A DNA stretch of 64,000 nucleotides from positions 310,001 through 374,000 of the forward strand of contig JAQGDQ010000141.1 of assembly GCA_030141605.1 (NCBI GenBank). The letters are read 5' to 3'. Below, piece by piece: positions 1 through 13,800 of the stretch (position 1 is its first letter; every line of letters starts with the position of its first letter). A model generated the notes under the pieces. That model did not search any database, had not been told where the DNA came from, and saw only the letters and a program-made list of their open reading frames with translations. Source of the DNA: Tubiluchus corallicola. Taxonomy: Eukaryota > Animalia > Priapulida. The position numbers and the translations under genes were made by a program.

Positions 1-357
1 TCAGCTAGAGAATATTCAAATATTTCTTCTTACAGTTGCAATTAATCTATGAAAATGAAACCACCCAGTGGACATACTGCAACAGGGTGCAATTTCCACT
101 GATTCAAAATGTTTTTGTTTACTTAAACCAAGGTTAGGTAAATATGCAGATTATTATGTGGATTTGAATTAAAAATAGCCACGTAAGCAGGATGCAGATC
201 GGAAGTTGCGGATCAGGACGGATCGCTGATTTGAATTAATTTAGTAAAGCAGTTGCGAATCGCTGTTAAAAGCTGCAGATTTTTAGCGGACTGTGGATTT
301 CATCTTTGCGGACCAAATTTTTTGCGACTCACGAATTAGTCGATCCGCTCATCCCAG
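1..357 (-). mobile_element. Partial copy of a hAT-like MITE family (same family as 26469-27171, opposite orientation)
   Basis: 1-357 is the reverse complement of about 26469-26800; it ends in GATCCGCTCATCCCAG, matching the terminus CAGGGCTGAGCGGATC of the other copy. Confidence 0.65.
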
Positions 358-984
358 ATATGCATACATACTACAAATCAGCTAAGTAAAAATTTATTAC
401 AAAGTCAGTTGTGCGTCTCAATTATAAGAAATTAACAAACTGCAGAACGAACACAATATAAAGTCTCTCTGCAGTTTGTTAAAGTCTGAAATTTAATTTA
501 ATCAGGAATTTAAGCACTTTTATCATTGAATTTATGCCATACTGCAAAATTGCACATAAAAAATGATACAACTGTTTGGTATATGGTAAACTTGCTTTAG
601 ATCTTAATTACAACAAAAACAAAGTTTCATTAACGTCTTTAAGGTTAACGAAGCTACAAATTAAGGTTATAATTGGAGAAATTTGAGAGTAAGCGTGATT
701 TCCACATTAAGATGAGACCCACTTTCAACAATTTCATTTGTTTAAATATTAGACTGCAATAATTAATCACATATAGAAATTTGTTTATAATAATATTAAT
801 TATAATTTGTGGTAATTTGAAATTAACTGTAACAGTTTGCTATTATTGCTACTAAGTATACGTAAATTGTTGTCATGGTGTCTAAATATTCCAAATTTTT
901 ATTAACCTAAAGCTTGCTACCAATAAACAAAACATTTTTCTTGCAATAAAAATGTAAACATTATGTGTGAGAAAATTAATAAAG

Positions 985-1437
985 CATCAAAACTGAATAC
1001 GTAGCATATATGTTGCTAATTAAGTAAAATTTTAAATTGCTGCATCTTGTCAATAAGATCAAAAATACGTTTTTGGCTAGTGAGTGGCGCACCCTGGAGG
1101 GTGAGTCAGCGACATTTTACCAATTGGCACAAACATTTTAAATTATTAGTCTAGTTACATAAGTCTTTCCAGCAGGTAAGTGCAATGCTGAAGTAATATA
1201 ACTTTGCATGGAAAGTTTTTTGGGTCATAATTTAACATTTTCTTTTCTTCCCCTGGTACAGTGACATCATGTAATGGCGCCATCGGAACACTATTGCGGG
1301 AGATTTAAAATGAAAACAAACAAAAATTTCTTTTAACGCGAATACAATATGTGCACAAAATTGCTATAAAGTAGTATAATTTTCTAAGGCGATTTTTCTG
1401 AAACTTACTTTAGGTGCCCCTTTTCTTGTCCCTTAAA
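985..1437 (+). repeat. Dispersed repeat, probable non-autonomous DNA transposon (CCTTTAA-type end); second copy at about 39440-39876
   Basis: Colinear similarity, e.g. TTGTCAATAAGATyAAAAATAC...GCACCCTrGAGGGTGAGTCrGCrACATTTTACC...GTCATGTAATGG...CCCCTTTT..GTCCyTwAA, in both copies. Left boundary approximate. Confidence 0.65.
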
Positions 1438-1546
1438 GACTTAACCTGCTTCACTATTCTTAAAAAAATAGTAGCATGGTTTTTAGTTCAGAGAGCTAGT
1501 GGCTGTTAAGGTATGCAATGTCAGGTGTTTTAATTAGTACACGTAC

Positions 1547-4500
1547 CAAATCCAGCATTGAATAAGTCTGCAACTGAAGCAGATAATTCATACAGATCAA
1601 GTGGATAACCATCTTTCATCCACTGCACTTCAAACTCGGAGAAAGCGTTGTTCAGGTTACAAGTTAAAAAAACGTCCTTTACAAAATACATTGAATCGTC
1701 GTTTGAATCGCTTACTTCCACTGTTTCAGTAGGGTAGATGGAAGCCTCCACATCTTGAAAGAAAAACATTTACGCAATTCAAATTCAGTGATTTCAAAGT
1801 TTCAAACCAACATTGTAACTTATGCCTAATTTCTCCAATGCAAAACAACAGAAGACGGACTGTATGGTGACAAAAATTTTAAAGTGAAAACTTATTAACT
1901 TTCTATCTATATTTTTTATTTCATTACAAAAACACCAGACAACAATACAACATAACAAAACACATTATGATAACACGGTATACATACGATTATACAATTA
2001 CATTAATCTCATAATAAAATTGACATGGCATGATATCTATATAAATTGTTGCTTGCATTATAGTCAGAAGCATTACTTGTGTGACTATAATGCAATAAAT
2101 GGTGTAGGTGTTAACGTGCAAAAAGGGAAGGTAAAAATGATGGAATGATAGCGGAGAGTGCAGGAGATGGGAACTAGTAGGATTAGGTTAGTGAAATGAT
2201 GTGGATGAGAATGAATATGAGATTGCTATTGCTTAGTTGCACAGTAAACAATCTGTCTGCAACAAATAAACACAAATTGTCTCACACAAAATTCTTCCAC
2301 ACGGGGCAACTTTATATCATCATTTTAGGAGCCTTTGTTACGCAACATACTGCCATTCATAATTTGATGCCATACTCCCGTCTGTTACCACATGTAAAGC
2401 ATCTACATTGTTTAAGTCGAGCTGTGTGAATTTTTTTGATGTGAAATCAAATATGGTTAATTGGGTCAAGAACACTTCCGTGCCAAAGTGAGTCTATTAA
2501 GAGGCACCTACTGTATTTTAAGTCAAGTTAAATAAATCCTTACTCACAACATCCAGAACTTTTGTATGAAGTAAATTGCATTATGGGTAACGTCAGTAAA
2601 CAATTATTAGATAACAGGTGATCAAAGCGATTGCTTTTTATTGGTTTAATCAGGCTTGTTAAACAGATGTTTGTTCCGAGCTCGTACATGACAGCCGGAA
2701 CAGACAGAAAATTATCCACACTAAATAAAAATGTGTGCAACAAAATTGGTAAAACAGCCTTCATGAAGTCTGCAGACGAGCGAAAATCCGTCTCAAATAA
2801 GTTGTTGCAGACAGATTTTGCATAGTGTGCACACCGCCCAGTATAAAAGCATATACTGACTGCGTAAATACTTATGAATGAAAAACTAGTAGAAATAAAA
2901 TAAAAAAATCAACGTGGTTTATTAGTACCTGCTGGGTCTACTGCTGACTTCAGACACATAAATGGATAATTTGTCACGTGACATCGCTCAAACTGCCAAG
3001 CAGTGGTGCTAAACCAACCATTAGTTGAGGAATTAGAATTCAGAGTACCACACAGACTAGACTCAGATGATGGAAATGGCAGGTCACTTTCAAGCTTAAA
3101 AAAGCAATTGCTTATATTATACCAAAAAGTTAAATTGAAGTTAACTTTGTGTGCTGATTTAAACTTGTATTGCCCCCTCTTTTCTGTTATAACTTGATTT
3201 CCTTTTAAACAGGTCATGTGACCAGTCTTTTACCTGTACACTTACCTGTAGAGTCACTCAGGCATTCACACACTGCAGTCACAGATTATTTAGCGTCATT
3301 CATTAATTCGTTGTTATAATTTCATAATTACACTTATAGAAGATCACCATGTAAGTTGATTTATTAATTTCTTAAATCTTGAACCTTTGTTTATTAAAAA
3401 GATTAGATTAATTAGACTAGAGATTAGATTTCATAATTTGCGTAAAACTTTGTTAAAGTTAATTAGATCAATTTGGTTTAGATTTCGCCGTAAAATTGAG
3501 CAAAATTATATAAAATTATCTTATTTGTTTTCAGATTAAACGATATAAGCTAGACAATTATGTTGTTGGAGATTTATAAGAAGATAGCACACTTAGTGCG
3601 TTACCAGATATCTAATGAATGACGATACTTCATGGAATCTATAAGGAGAGTAAACAAAATTTGCAAATACAAATAATTCAGTTTACATAAACTTTAGTCA
3701 CTGTTAAGCTTACTCAAAAATGAAAAATCTTTTGATATATAATTACAGTGTATGCCGCTTAACAAATCCACCTTGGTGCAAACCTAAATGGATTTATTAA
3801 GCGGGTGGATTTATAAACCGAAGGGACCTACTCACTGGCGTTTTCTATTTTCATACAGTGTGTGTTGCTTATTTATGAAAGCAATTCTCTTATCACTCAG
3901 TAAACTGTTTGTAAATGCAAAGTGCAATAATTTATTAGTATTGGTATGATTAAAGTAACTCACCTAAGTTAATATGTATTGTTTATCTGTGATGCCATTA
4001 TCATTTACATGAGATAAACTGCTTGCCAAGTTAAAAAAATACATGTAACTTTAATGTCCGTGATGATTATTCATTTATTTGATCCATTAACGTTTTCAAA
4101 TGCTCAACGGTTTATTAGTTAGAATAGTTTTAGTTTAACCTAATTACATATGCAAAAGAAGATAGACTATTATTATATATACAGTATGCAGATAAGTTAA
4201 AAATTGAAATATGTTAATGTGGTCTGTTTTAGTGAAATGTTTTTTCGAAGATGCGATTGAATGTCCTGCTAGACAGTCAGTTGTTGATTAAAATTTAAGT
4301 GCTTACTGTAGTATTTGAACATCTTTGTAATACTTAGGTTGTGTACTATCTGTAATGTTTGTGGTGTTTATTTGAAGCTATATACATTCGATCAGTACAA
4401 TAATTTATGTTTATATGTAAATCAATAGGCCAAATATCGGATATATATATATCCGATATTTGGCCTATTGATTTACATATAAACATAAATTATTGTACTG

Positions 4501-7500
4501 ATCGAACGTTTAATTGTACTGTGAGATGGTTTTGTGTCTATGTCAAGATACGTGTGTACATTAACTTTATGATATGTATTATTTTATATGAGTTGTATTT
4601 GTGTGTCTTGGCTTTTTAGATAGGAGTATTTTACTGTAGCTTATATCATTTTTTACTTTATTACTTGTGCCTTTTTTATACACTCCTACGGCACTCATAG
4701 TTTTTAATTATTTTGCACCAGACTCATTTGCCTATTAGTAGTGTAGCCCAGGCAATCACTGAATGATATTTCACATTGTATAATGTATAGTTGTATATTA
4801 CCATTATTTTATGACAAATAAAAATATTTATATATATATATATTTGGTGAAATATTGCATTTTTGAATAGTCACTGTTCTAAAGTCCACTGTGCAGTGTT
4901 TCCATTGCATGTAGCAGTTCAGCAGCTGATACAGTAATTCCGGCTGCATCAACAAGTTGTAAAAAGTGCTTAGAACAAAGAAGCTCAAGTCAAAACACAT
5001 AGCAATTGTGTGATTTTACAGCATGTTTCTGTTGTCTTCACAGCGCACAATGTGGATTTATAGAGCGGATTTAATAAACCACTGATTTTACTAGGTTAAT
5101 GATTATACAGTTGCGTTCCAACAGTAGTGGTCACAATAAGTGGCTGGATTTATTATCCGTGGATCAAGTAAGCGGATTCTACTGCATTAATATAAAAGCA
5201 CACATTACCTATAATAATGCAATTGCAATCACAAATGACAACATTATTTACCCAAACACACAAACACCTGAACTCAATTAACTAAAACTTTTAGGGCACG
5301 ATGGGATAAAATGACTATCTGGGGTGAAATGTGCACGTTTGTTTATATAAGTTCTTAATATTTTACTCTAATGTCAAGATACTAACAGTACAGTCTGTCT
5401 ATTCCATAGACTAGTTATTGCAAAAAGCTATTGAATACATTGCTTGTTTTTTCCAGTGAAATGAGTATTTAATCAGTACTGTTTCTGTCACAATAAAAAA
5501 ACAGTATTTTGCAAAACTTTGTACTAAAGGTATTAACAATTCACAAAATTGAAAAATGAATCTAATTAAGAAAAGTCAGAGGAAAAATTACCTTGTCTCT
5601 CCCATAGCTAACTGCAGTAGATAGGACATCCACCCAGCTGTACTGCACGCCAGTTAATTTGTTAGTAGCGGTTAAACCAATCCAAGTAACAGGTGATTTT
5701 TCTACAAAAAAATAACTTTGTAAATCGTTTAAACAAAACAACTGCAAACAACTTGGAAAGAGATAAGGTGTGGCGAGGGGTGGAGATGTGGGGAGGGGTA
5801 GAATAAGCAAGCTAGCGTGTTTTGTCAAGCGAGTATAAACAATAATGTTATTGCAAAAAGAAAATAGATTTGCATCCGGAAAACTTATGGTCTGAAAGTT
5901 GATAGAGATTTGTTTAGCATTATGAGCAGATTAAGTCTGGAGAATTGAACCATGTTCTTTCAATAACACAACAGCCACAGTTTGTTTTATAGAGTTTTTA
6001 AATCATTATACGAAAAAACAATAATTGAAAAAACTCATTATATTTTTAAAAACCAGAAACAAACAAAAATACTAAAAAGAAACATATTTTTTGTCTGACA
6101 GAAGTAACTACCAATCTGATTGTGCAATGCATCTGCAAATGCTTCATCCCTAGGAGTTAACAAAGCAGCTAGATAACCATCTGTAAAATAAAAAACAATA
6201 GTCTAACGGTGTGCTTACACAAACTAAAATTAAGCACAACAATTACAAAAAAATGAAAAATACTAAATGCAAAAAACATACTGCACAAGTTCTTTTTTTT
6301 TCAAAATTTTAGTATGCAAAACACCAAATGTCATAGATCAACTTGCTAAAATCAAGTTCAGTCAACATAAGAGTTTTTAATAAATTTAACATGAGGCAAA
6401 AGGTGAAGTGATAGCAGTTAACAGAGCAACATAGTAATAATATAACAAGTAGAAAATGCATGATTATCACATGACGCAACACAAAACTTTGTCTAGCTTT
6501 TCCACACTGGATTAGTTTGATGTAAACTATAAAACGTATTACCATTGTTTAGGCAAGTTTGTCTAGCATTGTACCACGTTGTACTGTAAGGCACAAACAG
6601 AAAGCATGAATCACAACCAGGAGAACCCAACCAAAGTGCACCATCCGAGCCACACTTAGGTGCTGCAAAAAATAAATTTACCAACCTATTCTAACGTTAC
6701 TGCTGTTGTTGTAGTTACTGTTGGGATGTTGTTTGATGTTGCTGTTGCTGCTGCTTCTGTTGTTGTTGTTGTTGTTGTTGGTGTTTGATGTTGCAGCTGT
6801 TGTTGTTATAGTTACTGTTGGGATGTTGTTGTTGTTGTTGTTCTTGTTTGATGTTGCTTTGCTGCTGCTGTTGTCGCCGTCGCTGCTGTTGTTGTCATTG
6901 CTGTTTATGAAGTTTTTTGTTGTTGCTGTTGTTGTTGTTTTTAATGAAAATACACTACTAGTACAATTTTGCAATAAAAAATTAGGAATCATCATTAAAA
7001 ACATGTGCCTTTACTTATAACAGTCATTACACTCGGCACAGAATGTTACTCACATTACTGGTAAAACTTTATGACTCAACCACATGTTAAAATTTCTTGC
7101 ATTGTTTTAATTCATCCCTTATTCACATTCATGAATACAACGTACAGCTATGTCAACAACTCACAATTTATTGAAAGAATGCTAGCACAGGTAAACATAT
7201 TACAGCAATTTTTAGAATAAAGTCACAAAGTATAAAAATGCTTTAAATGTAAATAGAAAAGGTAAACTGCTAGCTAAATATTTGCTTACACGGGACAGGC
7301 AAATCTGGAAATCCTTTGCTGATGCAGAAAAATGGTAAAGTGCTGTTACATGGAATCAAGTCAAACGTATAGTAACGATTCCCAGAGTTCTGACTTATCA
7401 TTCCACATAAGTTTGAAGGATGGTGCTGGTATTCCAAATTTAAGTTTGCACTCCATGTAAGAATATCGGCTGAACTACTAAAATGTTAAAAAAAAGACAA

Positions 7501-7713
7501 GTAAAAAGTTTATTTAATGTATTTCGAAAAAATGTACGAACATTTAAAAAGTGGGCATTTTTTGGATAGTCATTAGAGAAATAGATATTTTTAGCACGTT
7601 TCTAGTTTCTAAGTATTAGAAGCACACATTATAATTAAAAATCTGGTTTTTGTATACGTATGTATATATTTATATGTGTATATATGTATATGTATATATA
7701 TATACATGTACAT

Positions 7714-7804
<91 letters not shown>

Positions 7805-10800
7805 TGTGTGTGTCGGTGTGTGTGTGTATGTATATATGTTTGTATGTATGTATGTTGTATGTATGTATATGTATATACATATACATATACATATATACAT
7901 ACAAACAACATACATACATACAAACATATATACGTATACACACACACACATGTATGTACATGTATATATATATACACATGTATGTGTATGTACATAAGCA
8001 TAAAAACACAAGTGCCAATATGGCAGCAACTGTGATAGTTATACAGAAGTAAAATTAAGCTTTAGAAACACAAATATACGTAATGAAAAGTGCAAAATAA
8101 ATTATCAGAAATCGAATCTTTCATTTTTAGATGCCTTTAACACATAGTTAATGTAATTTGACTTACTCAACAACCTTTACAGATTCATAGTCCCACTCTA
8201 TGTAACCAGTTTCTGGTGACACTCGAGCACCAACCCAAACTTCATTATCCCACATAGAATACGAAAAATCTAAACAAAATTAAAAAGCAATTGAATACCT
8301 GAATACAAGTTACCTGTTAAAACAAGACAAAAATTAACATTGATTAAAAATACATTAGCGAAACAAAATACAATAAATGACATTAATAATAATAGATAGT
8401 AATTCATTCATTCAATAGTTAATAGTAATAAATAGACTTCTGGAACTATGTTTACTATATGAAAAATACTGAACGACACAATATAAAATACATGTGCTAT
8501 ATGAAATACTGGAAGGTAAATGTCAAAAATTATTGTAGTTTCAATAGAGCGTAAAAACATAAAAAACAGTATTGCTTATCATACATGTAAGTTATTTGCT
8601 TATTTATGTACAAACAAGAAGCAACACTGTCTTTGAAATGTCTGTTGTTTTGGTAAACAAAATCCTAAAATGATTCCGTCTGGCCACAATTTACATGAGC
8701 TAATCTTCAAAAATCTAAAGACTACTTACACTAACAAAGTTGAAAAAAATTCGAGACAATATAAAAGGCACGTTTTTTAAAAAAATATACATAAAAAATG
8801 ATTTCACCTCCCACAAAAGCTAAAAGATGAGCATTGCTCTCCCTACATATCTGTTGTGCTTCTTCCCAGGTAGAATGGTCAGAATAATTACGGTAACAAA
8901 ACGTTTCAAAAACCTCAAAACCTTGAGGACATATCCATTTCTGTCCGTCAGAACCTAGAAATTTTCACACAGTATAAAACCACAGCACCTTGAAACTACG
9001 TGTGACTCATTTGAAACATTTGGTAGCAACAGTGTTTTCAACTAATGTATTTAAAACATTTTTACAGTTCAGGCAATTGATAATGATCGTTAAAAGGTCA
9101 AAGGTTAAGTGTACCAGACAACGCATTTGTGTACACCTGACAACACCTTGCAGCACATGTTATTGTAATAGTAACAGTTTTAACAGCTTTTAGTACCTTA
9201 CCTAGTTCATTTTTTCTTGTTCCCTAGCAAGAACCTACTAGTATATCACTCTATGCACAGACTAATGCATAATTAAGTAACGTTCACGTAAAACAACTGA
9301 TGTTACTGAACTCGTGCCGCAGACGGCATTGCTTTACACACATATCACATGACGGTTGTAGTTAATAAGCGTTGCTGTGGTATACTTAAGCCTTGGCCCA
9401 CAGCTACTGTGCGTGCACACAACAAAATCGAGAAAAGGCTTATTAGTTTAACAGAAAGGATCAGCTAATTAACTGCAGCATGGAGTCTTTGTCCTAAGAA
9501 GAATATATCATATAATCTCTGACTTAGATTGCAATCTGGTGTGAGATATTCTGCATTCTTATCATAAAATTTCAGTTAACATATTTACCGTGATGTGTGT
9601 CACAAAACTAAAGCTGTATAACCCTTACTACAGATTATATGTGACCTGTTATAATAGTTATAATGTTTCATGCATACTTTATCTCAAACTCTAATTCAAA
9701 TGGTCAAAAAAACTTACAAAGCGACCACTGTGACACTACAAACTTGTATGCATATTTGGAAGAATGACCATTATGACCTCTGGGTGACCTTTCACCTTTG
9801 ACTTCCAAAAACACGTCATCTTATTGATATTTATTTCACATATTTTTGACATATCTCCCATACACAAGATATTCTACATAGTTTGGGGAAAAATTAAAAG
9901 TCATTGGATCTATTCCCACCTACCCTTTTTACAATAATCAGACCTCTCACTATTTACAGACACATAAACCAAAGTCTAATAACTTTAGAAAGTAAAGAAA
10001 GTTCTGCTGCATGCTGTTTCAAGGATTGCCATGAAGTATCACATTTAGTGGCCAAGTGCAGTCAACCTTGGGTATAAGGTACTCGCTTATAAGGGACCAC
10101 CAACACTGGTTCCGATTTTTCGTAACATTTTTCCTATGTAAAAATCTTCGTACATAAGGTACTCGGTTATAAGAGATGATATCTTCTGGTCCCGCGTAAT
10201 AGAAACCCAGGTAAATTATATAAGGGATCCAATGATCAAAGTGAAATTGATTGATTTTTAACCTCAATTTTTTGCAAACTCGGCCTTTGTACAGCTCGTT
10301 TTCCGCGGTCATACATCTTGCATCACTGAAGGAGCTTCCTACATACCGTTTGCACTGAATGTGTAGCAACAATCCGTAAAAATATGGGCAAAAGTACAGA
10401 AAAGTACAGATCTAGATACACACTCCGTCTTACTCAACTTCAGCTACAAGAGACATCGGATATAAGGGATGGTTTTTTCCGGTCCCGAAGTGTCCCTTAT
10501 CTCTGAGGTTGACTGTATACTACCTAATACTGTTTTCATACAGCATCCATACCTCATCAGCATCCATACACTCCTCCTCAAAACACAAGTTCGGTGGGCA
10601 GGACATGTGATTCGCATGCCAGACAACCGCATTCCAAAGAAGATGCTCTATGGAGAACTTGTGTCTGGAAAGAGAAAGGTTGGACGACCAAAGAAACGCT
10701 TCAAGGACAGCCTGAAGGCCTCACTCAAGGAGCTCAGCATGGATATCCGCTCAATGGAAACCCTTGCACAAAATCTCTCAGCATGGCGGAGTGCCATCAC

Positions 10801-13800
10801 CACAGGGGCTAAGACAGCAGAGGCGAAAAGAATTGAGGAGGCAGAGGAGAAGCGCAGGAGACGCAAGGCATGTGACACTGCCCAACAACAGGTCAATACA
10901 CCCAGCCTCACCTGTGCCAAATGCCAAAGAAGTTTCCAGGCCAAAATAGGCCTAGTCAGTCAGCTTCGAGCTCAACAAAGGAATGACAACCCCCCAAACT
11001 GACCCTTTATCCATGTCACTATCGTCATCTTCGATTCGAAGGACGAACATCATCATCACTGTTTTCATAAATACAGCTACCTTAGGCTAAATTGTAACCA
11101 ATATGAGGTAGCTCACTGTACATTTGCGAGCTCCACATGTTCTTATCGTTGTTGAATTCAAAATGTTTTAAATGACATACTACAGCAGAAAGTTAGTTTT
11201 ACTTTGCAAGTTATAACAAAATTAATACATAAGAACAATGATACAATTTCCGAATTTTACTCACGCTAAGCTTGTTAACTATACAGATTCGGCGATAGGA
11301 AATGATTCTTTCTCCAATGACACAATTCAGCAATAGGATATGATTCTTTTTTCAATGATACGATAACGATGATCATTTGTTTACACGATATGATACGATA
11401 CGATAAAGTATTTAGGACGATAAAGTGGATTAATGTATACATACGTGTAATCTAAGACAAAGTTATCTTCTTTGCTTAGTCACAAAATAATATTAACATG
11501 TGAGCTGCAACTGATTACATATAGATCTACTACTATATTTATATATATATTAATAATATATTTATTTCTGACTACACATAACTGATAAAGGTGACTCTAC
11601 GAATACCGCACTTAGCATTCACGGGTGACTAAACTGACTGAAGACAGCCATTATTGCAAGAAGAGAGTGCAAGAAGATTATTCAAACAACCTATAAATAA
11701 CTCTTTATTTAAGTTTGTTCCATAAATGAAAAAGCAAAGCGAAATGATTTTATAAATGTGAGTGCAGTGATATAAATTCGATACAATAGCGACATTCCTA
11801 GAATAGTATCGATACGATAACGATAAAAACTAATTTTTCGTATATCGATAAAAACCGTAACGATAATTATCCATAGGTTTTGTTAACATCATTAGCTTAC
11901 GCACTCTGCATAATGGCATACTGTTTACTGCTTTACATAACCTACCTGGGTAACTGAATTCAGTCAAACCTAAAATGAAAAAATACAACATATAATTAAT
12001 ACAAGAATCTTATGTTGTCATAGCTACTCACATACCATTAATTAATTATGACTCTGTTTTTACAAAACACTGTCATAATTAATTAATAATATCATTAGTT
12101 GCCAGCTAATTTGGAAAAGCATTGATACGATAACTATTCTCATACTTTAACCATTATTTTAGCTACCAATAAAATTTCAATAGTTTTTATTACCTAGAGT
12201 AAAAGAAAGAGATAGAGGAATCAATTTGTGACTAATAAACTGTTCTTAATGTTACAAAAATATGAGAAAAACAACAAAGCAGCATTACTATATACATAAC
12301 ACTAACACTATTTACATTAAATAGATATAACAAAATAGTAATTAAGCTTTAGAAAAACACTTTAAAAGAAACTAATAACCTGTATAATAAGGGATACCTT
12401 TTTTAACAAAATTGCAACACACTTACCGCACTGTGAAGGGGATGTGTATGGTAACTCATCAGAGCCATCACTACAGTCTTCTACGCCATCACACACTTGT
12501 TCAGACTCAATACACTCCCCAGATAATGTACATTGAAATTCGGGGCACCTGAAATACAGTAAAAATCATGGTCAAAAATTGTCAGGATAAAATTTTATAT
12601 TACAATAACATCCACACACACGGGCACGTGCACGCATACACCACGCAGCACACGGGCACATGCACGCACACACCACACACGGGCACGTGCACACCACACA
12701 GGCGTGTGTGCATGCTCACACTGTAACATGAGCTTAATATATTAATCTGTTTTACTTCAGTCAGGTTTTAACATGTTTTTCGCATATATTTATTAATTAC
12801 TTCACATACCTCACATTCGTGCAACACAAATTCAAGGAGGAAGTATAGCTAAGTGGTCACAGTGTGTGTGCAGGGCTATGAAGTAGCACTGAGCCTGCTT
12901 AGTACATAAGTACTTCAAGCTATCATACTGTCTTCACATATTCTTTTCATTAATTCATGATGTACAAATTTATATAATATGCACCCAATGAGTGATCGAC
13001 ACAAGGTCAGTGTCTCATCTTAGAAGATTGTCCTTGATAATGAACTAGATCCTCGTAGAACTACATGCTCGTAATTGGCTGCGAAAATTTGAACAACCGA
13101 TTCCACAAAATGCATGAAACTGTACAGAAAAACTTACATGACAATTCAGCAGTACCGCTAGCTTCACACACCTATTCATACGGAACTATGTTTAGACAGT
13201 TCCCTTTCCTTGGAAGGACACCACCATTCCAGGGAACAACCCCCCCCCTCGGCGATCGTCTTGGGTGAACCCTCAAGATCGAAACACTTTCTAGACTGTG
13301 CACTCCAGTCACCATCCTAATCAAAGTTCAGTGTATACTGTCCGTTTTTTCTCAAAGATTCTAAAACAAATATCGTACGGGGAACTTTGGTATGGACCAC
13401 GGCCACTTGGATACTATGGCAGACCTATTTTTAAATATCTTTATTTTAAGTATCTTTATTTATCACCTTTTTACAGGAAGAAAAACATGGTGCATAAAAC
13501 GATAATATGATACAATGTAACAAAATTATTATGATGATTAATTTATCCGAGATGTGATGTCAAACTTAAAATCAACCACCCTGGTTTAGGTTTAGCTATG
13601 ACTGCAATGCTTGGAGGTACACTGTTAAGGAAAGAGCTCGACAGTTTGGACAGAGAGTATTAAAGAGAAGAGGGAAAGGAGAATAGGCGCCAACAACAAC
13701 AACCACCTGTCACTGGAGACAACTTCCCAGCATGACATTTGTGTCAAAGTTTGAGCTTCCAGGATAGGTGCTCTTCGCCCACCAGGCTGTAGCGGATAGC

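Noticed and set aside
2540-2764. Possible extra exon of the mosaic gene (donor-like GTGAGT at 2547)
   Set aside because: No convincing acceptor or domain motif; exons 2929 and 1753 already join in phase.
6678-7020. Poly-Leu ORF, or a Thr/Asn-rich mucin exon
   Set aside because: The frame shifts within the (GTT)n tract, and the flanking exons (7290 and 6662) join in phase without it.
7609-8052. Six overlapping 115-130 aa ORFs
   Set aside because: Artefacts of dinucleotide and tetranucleotide microsatellites.
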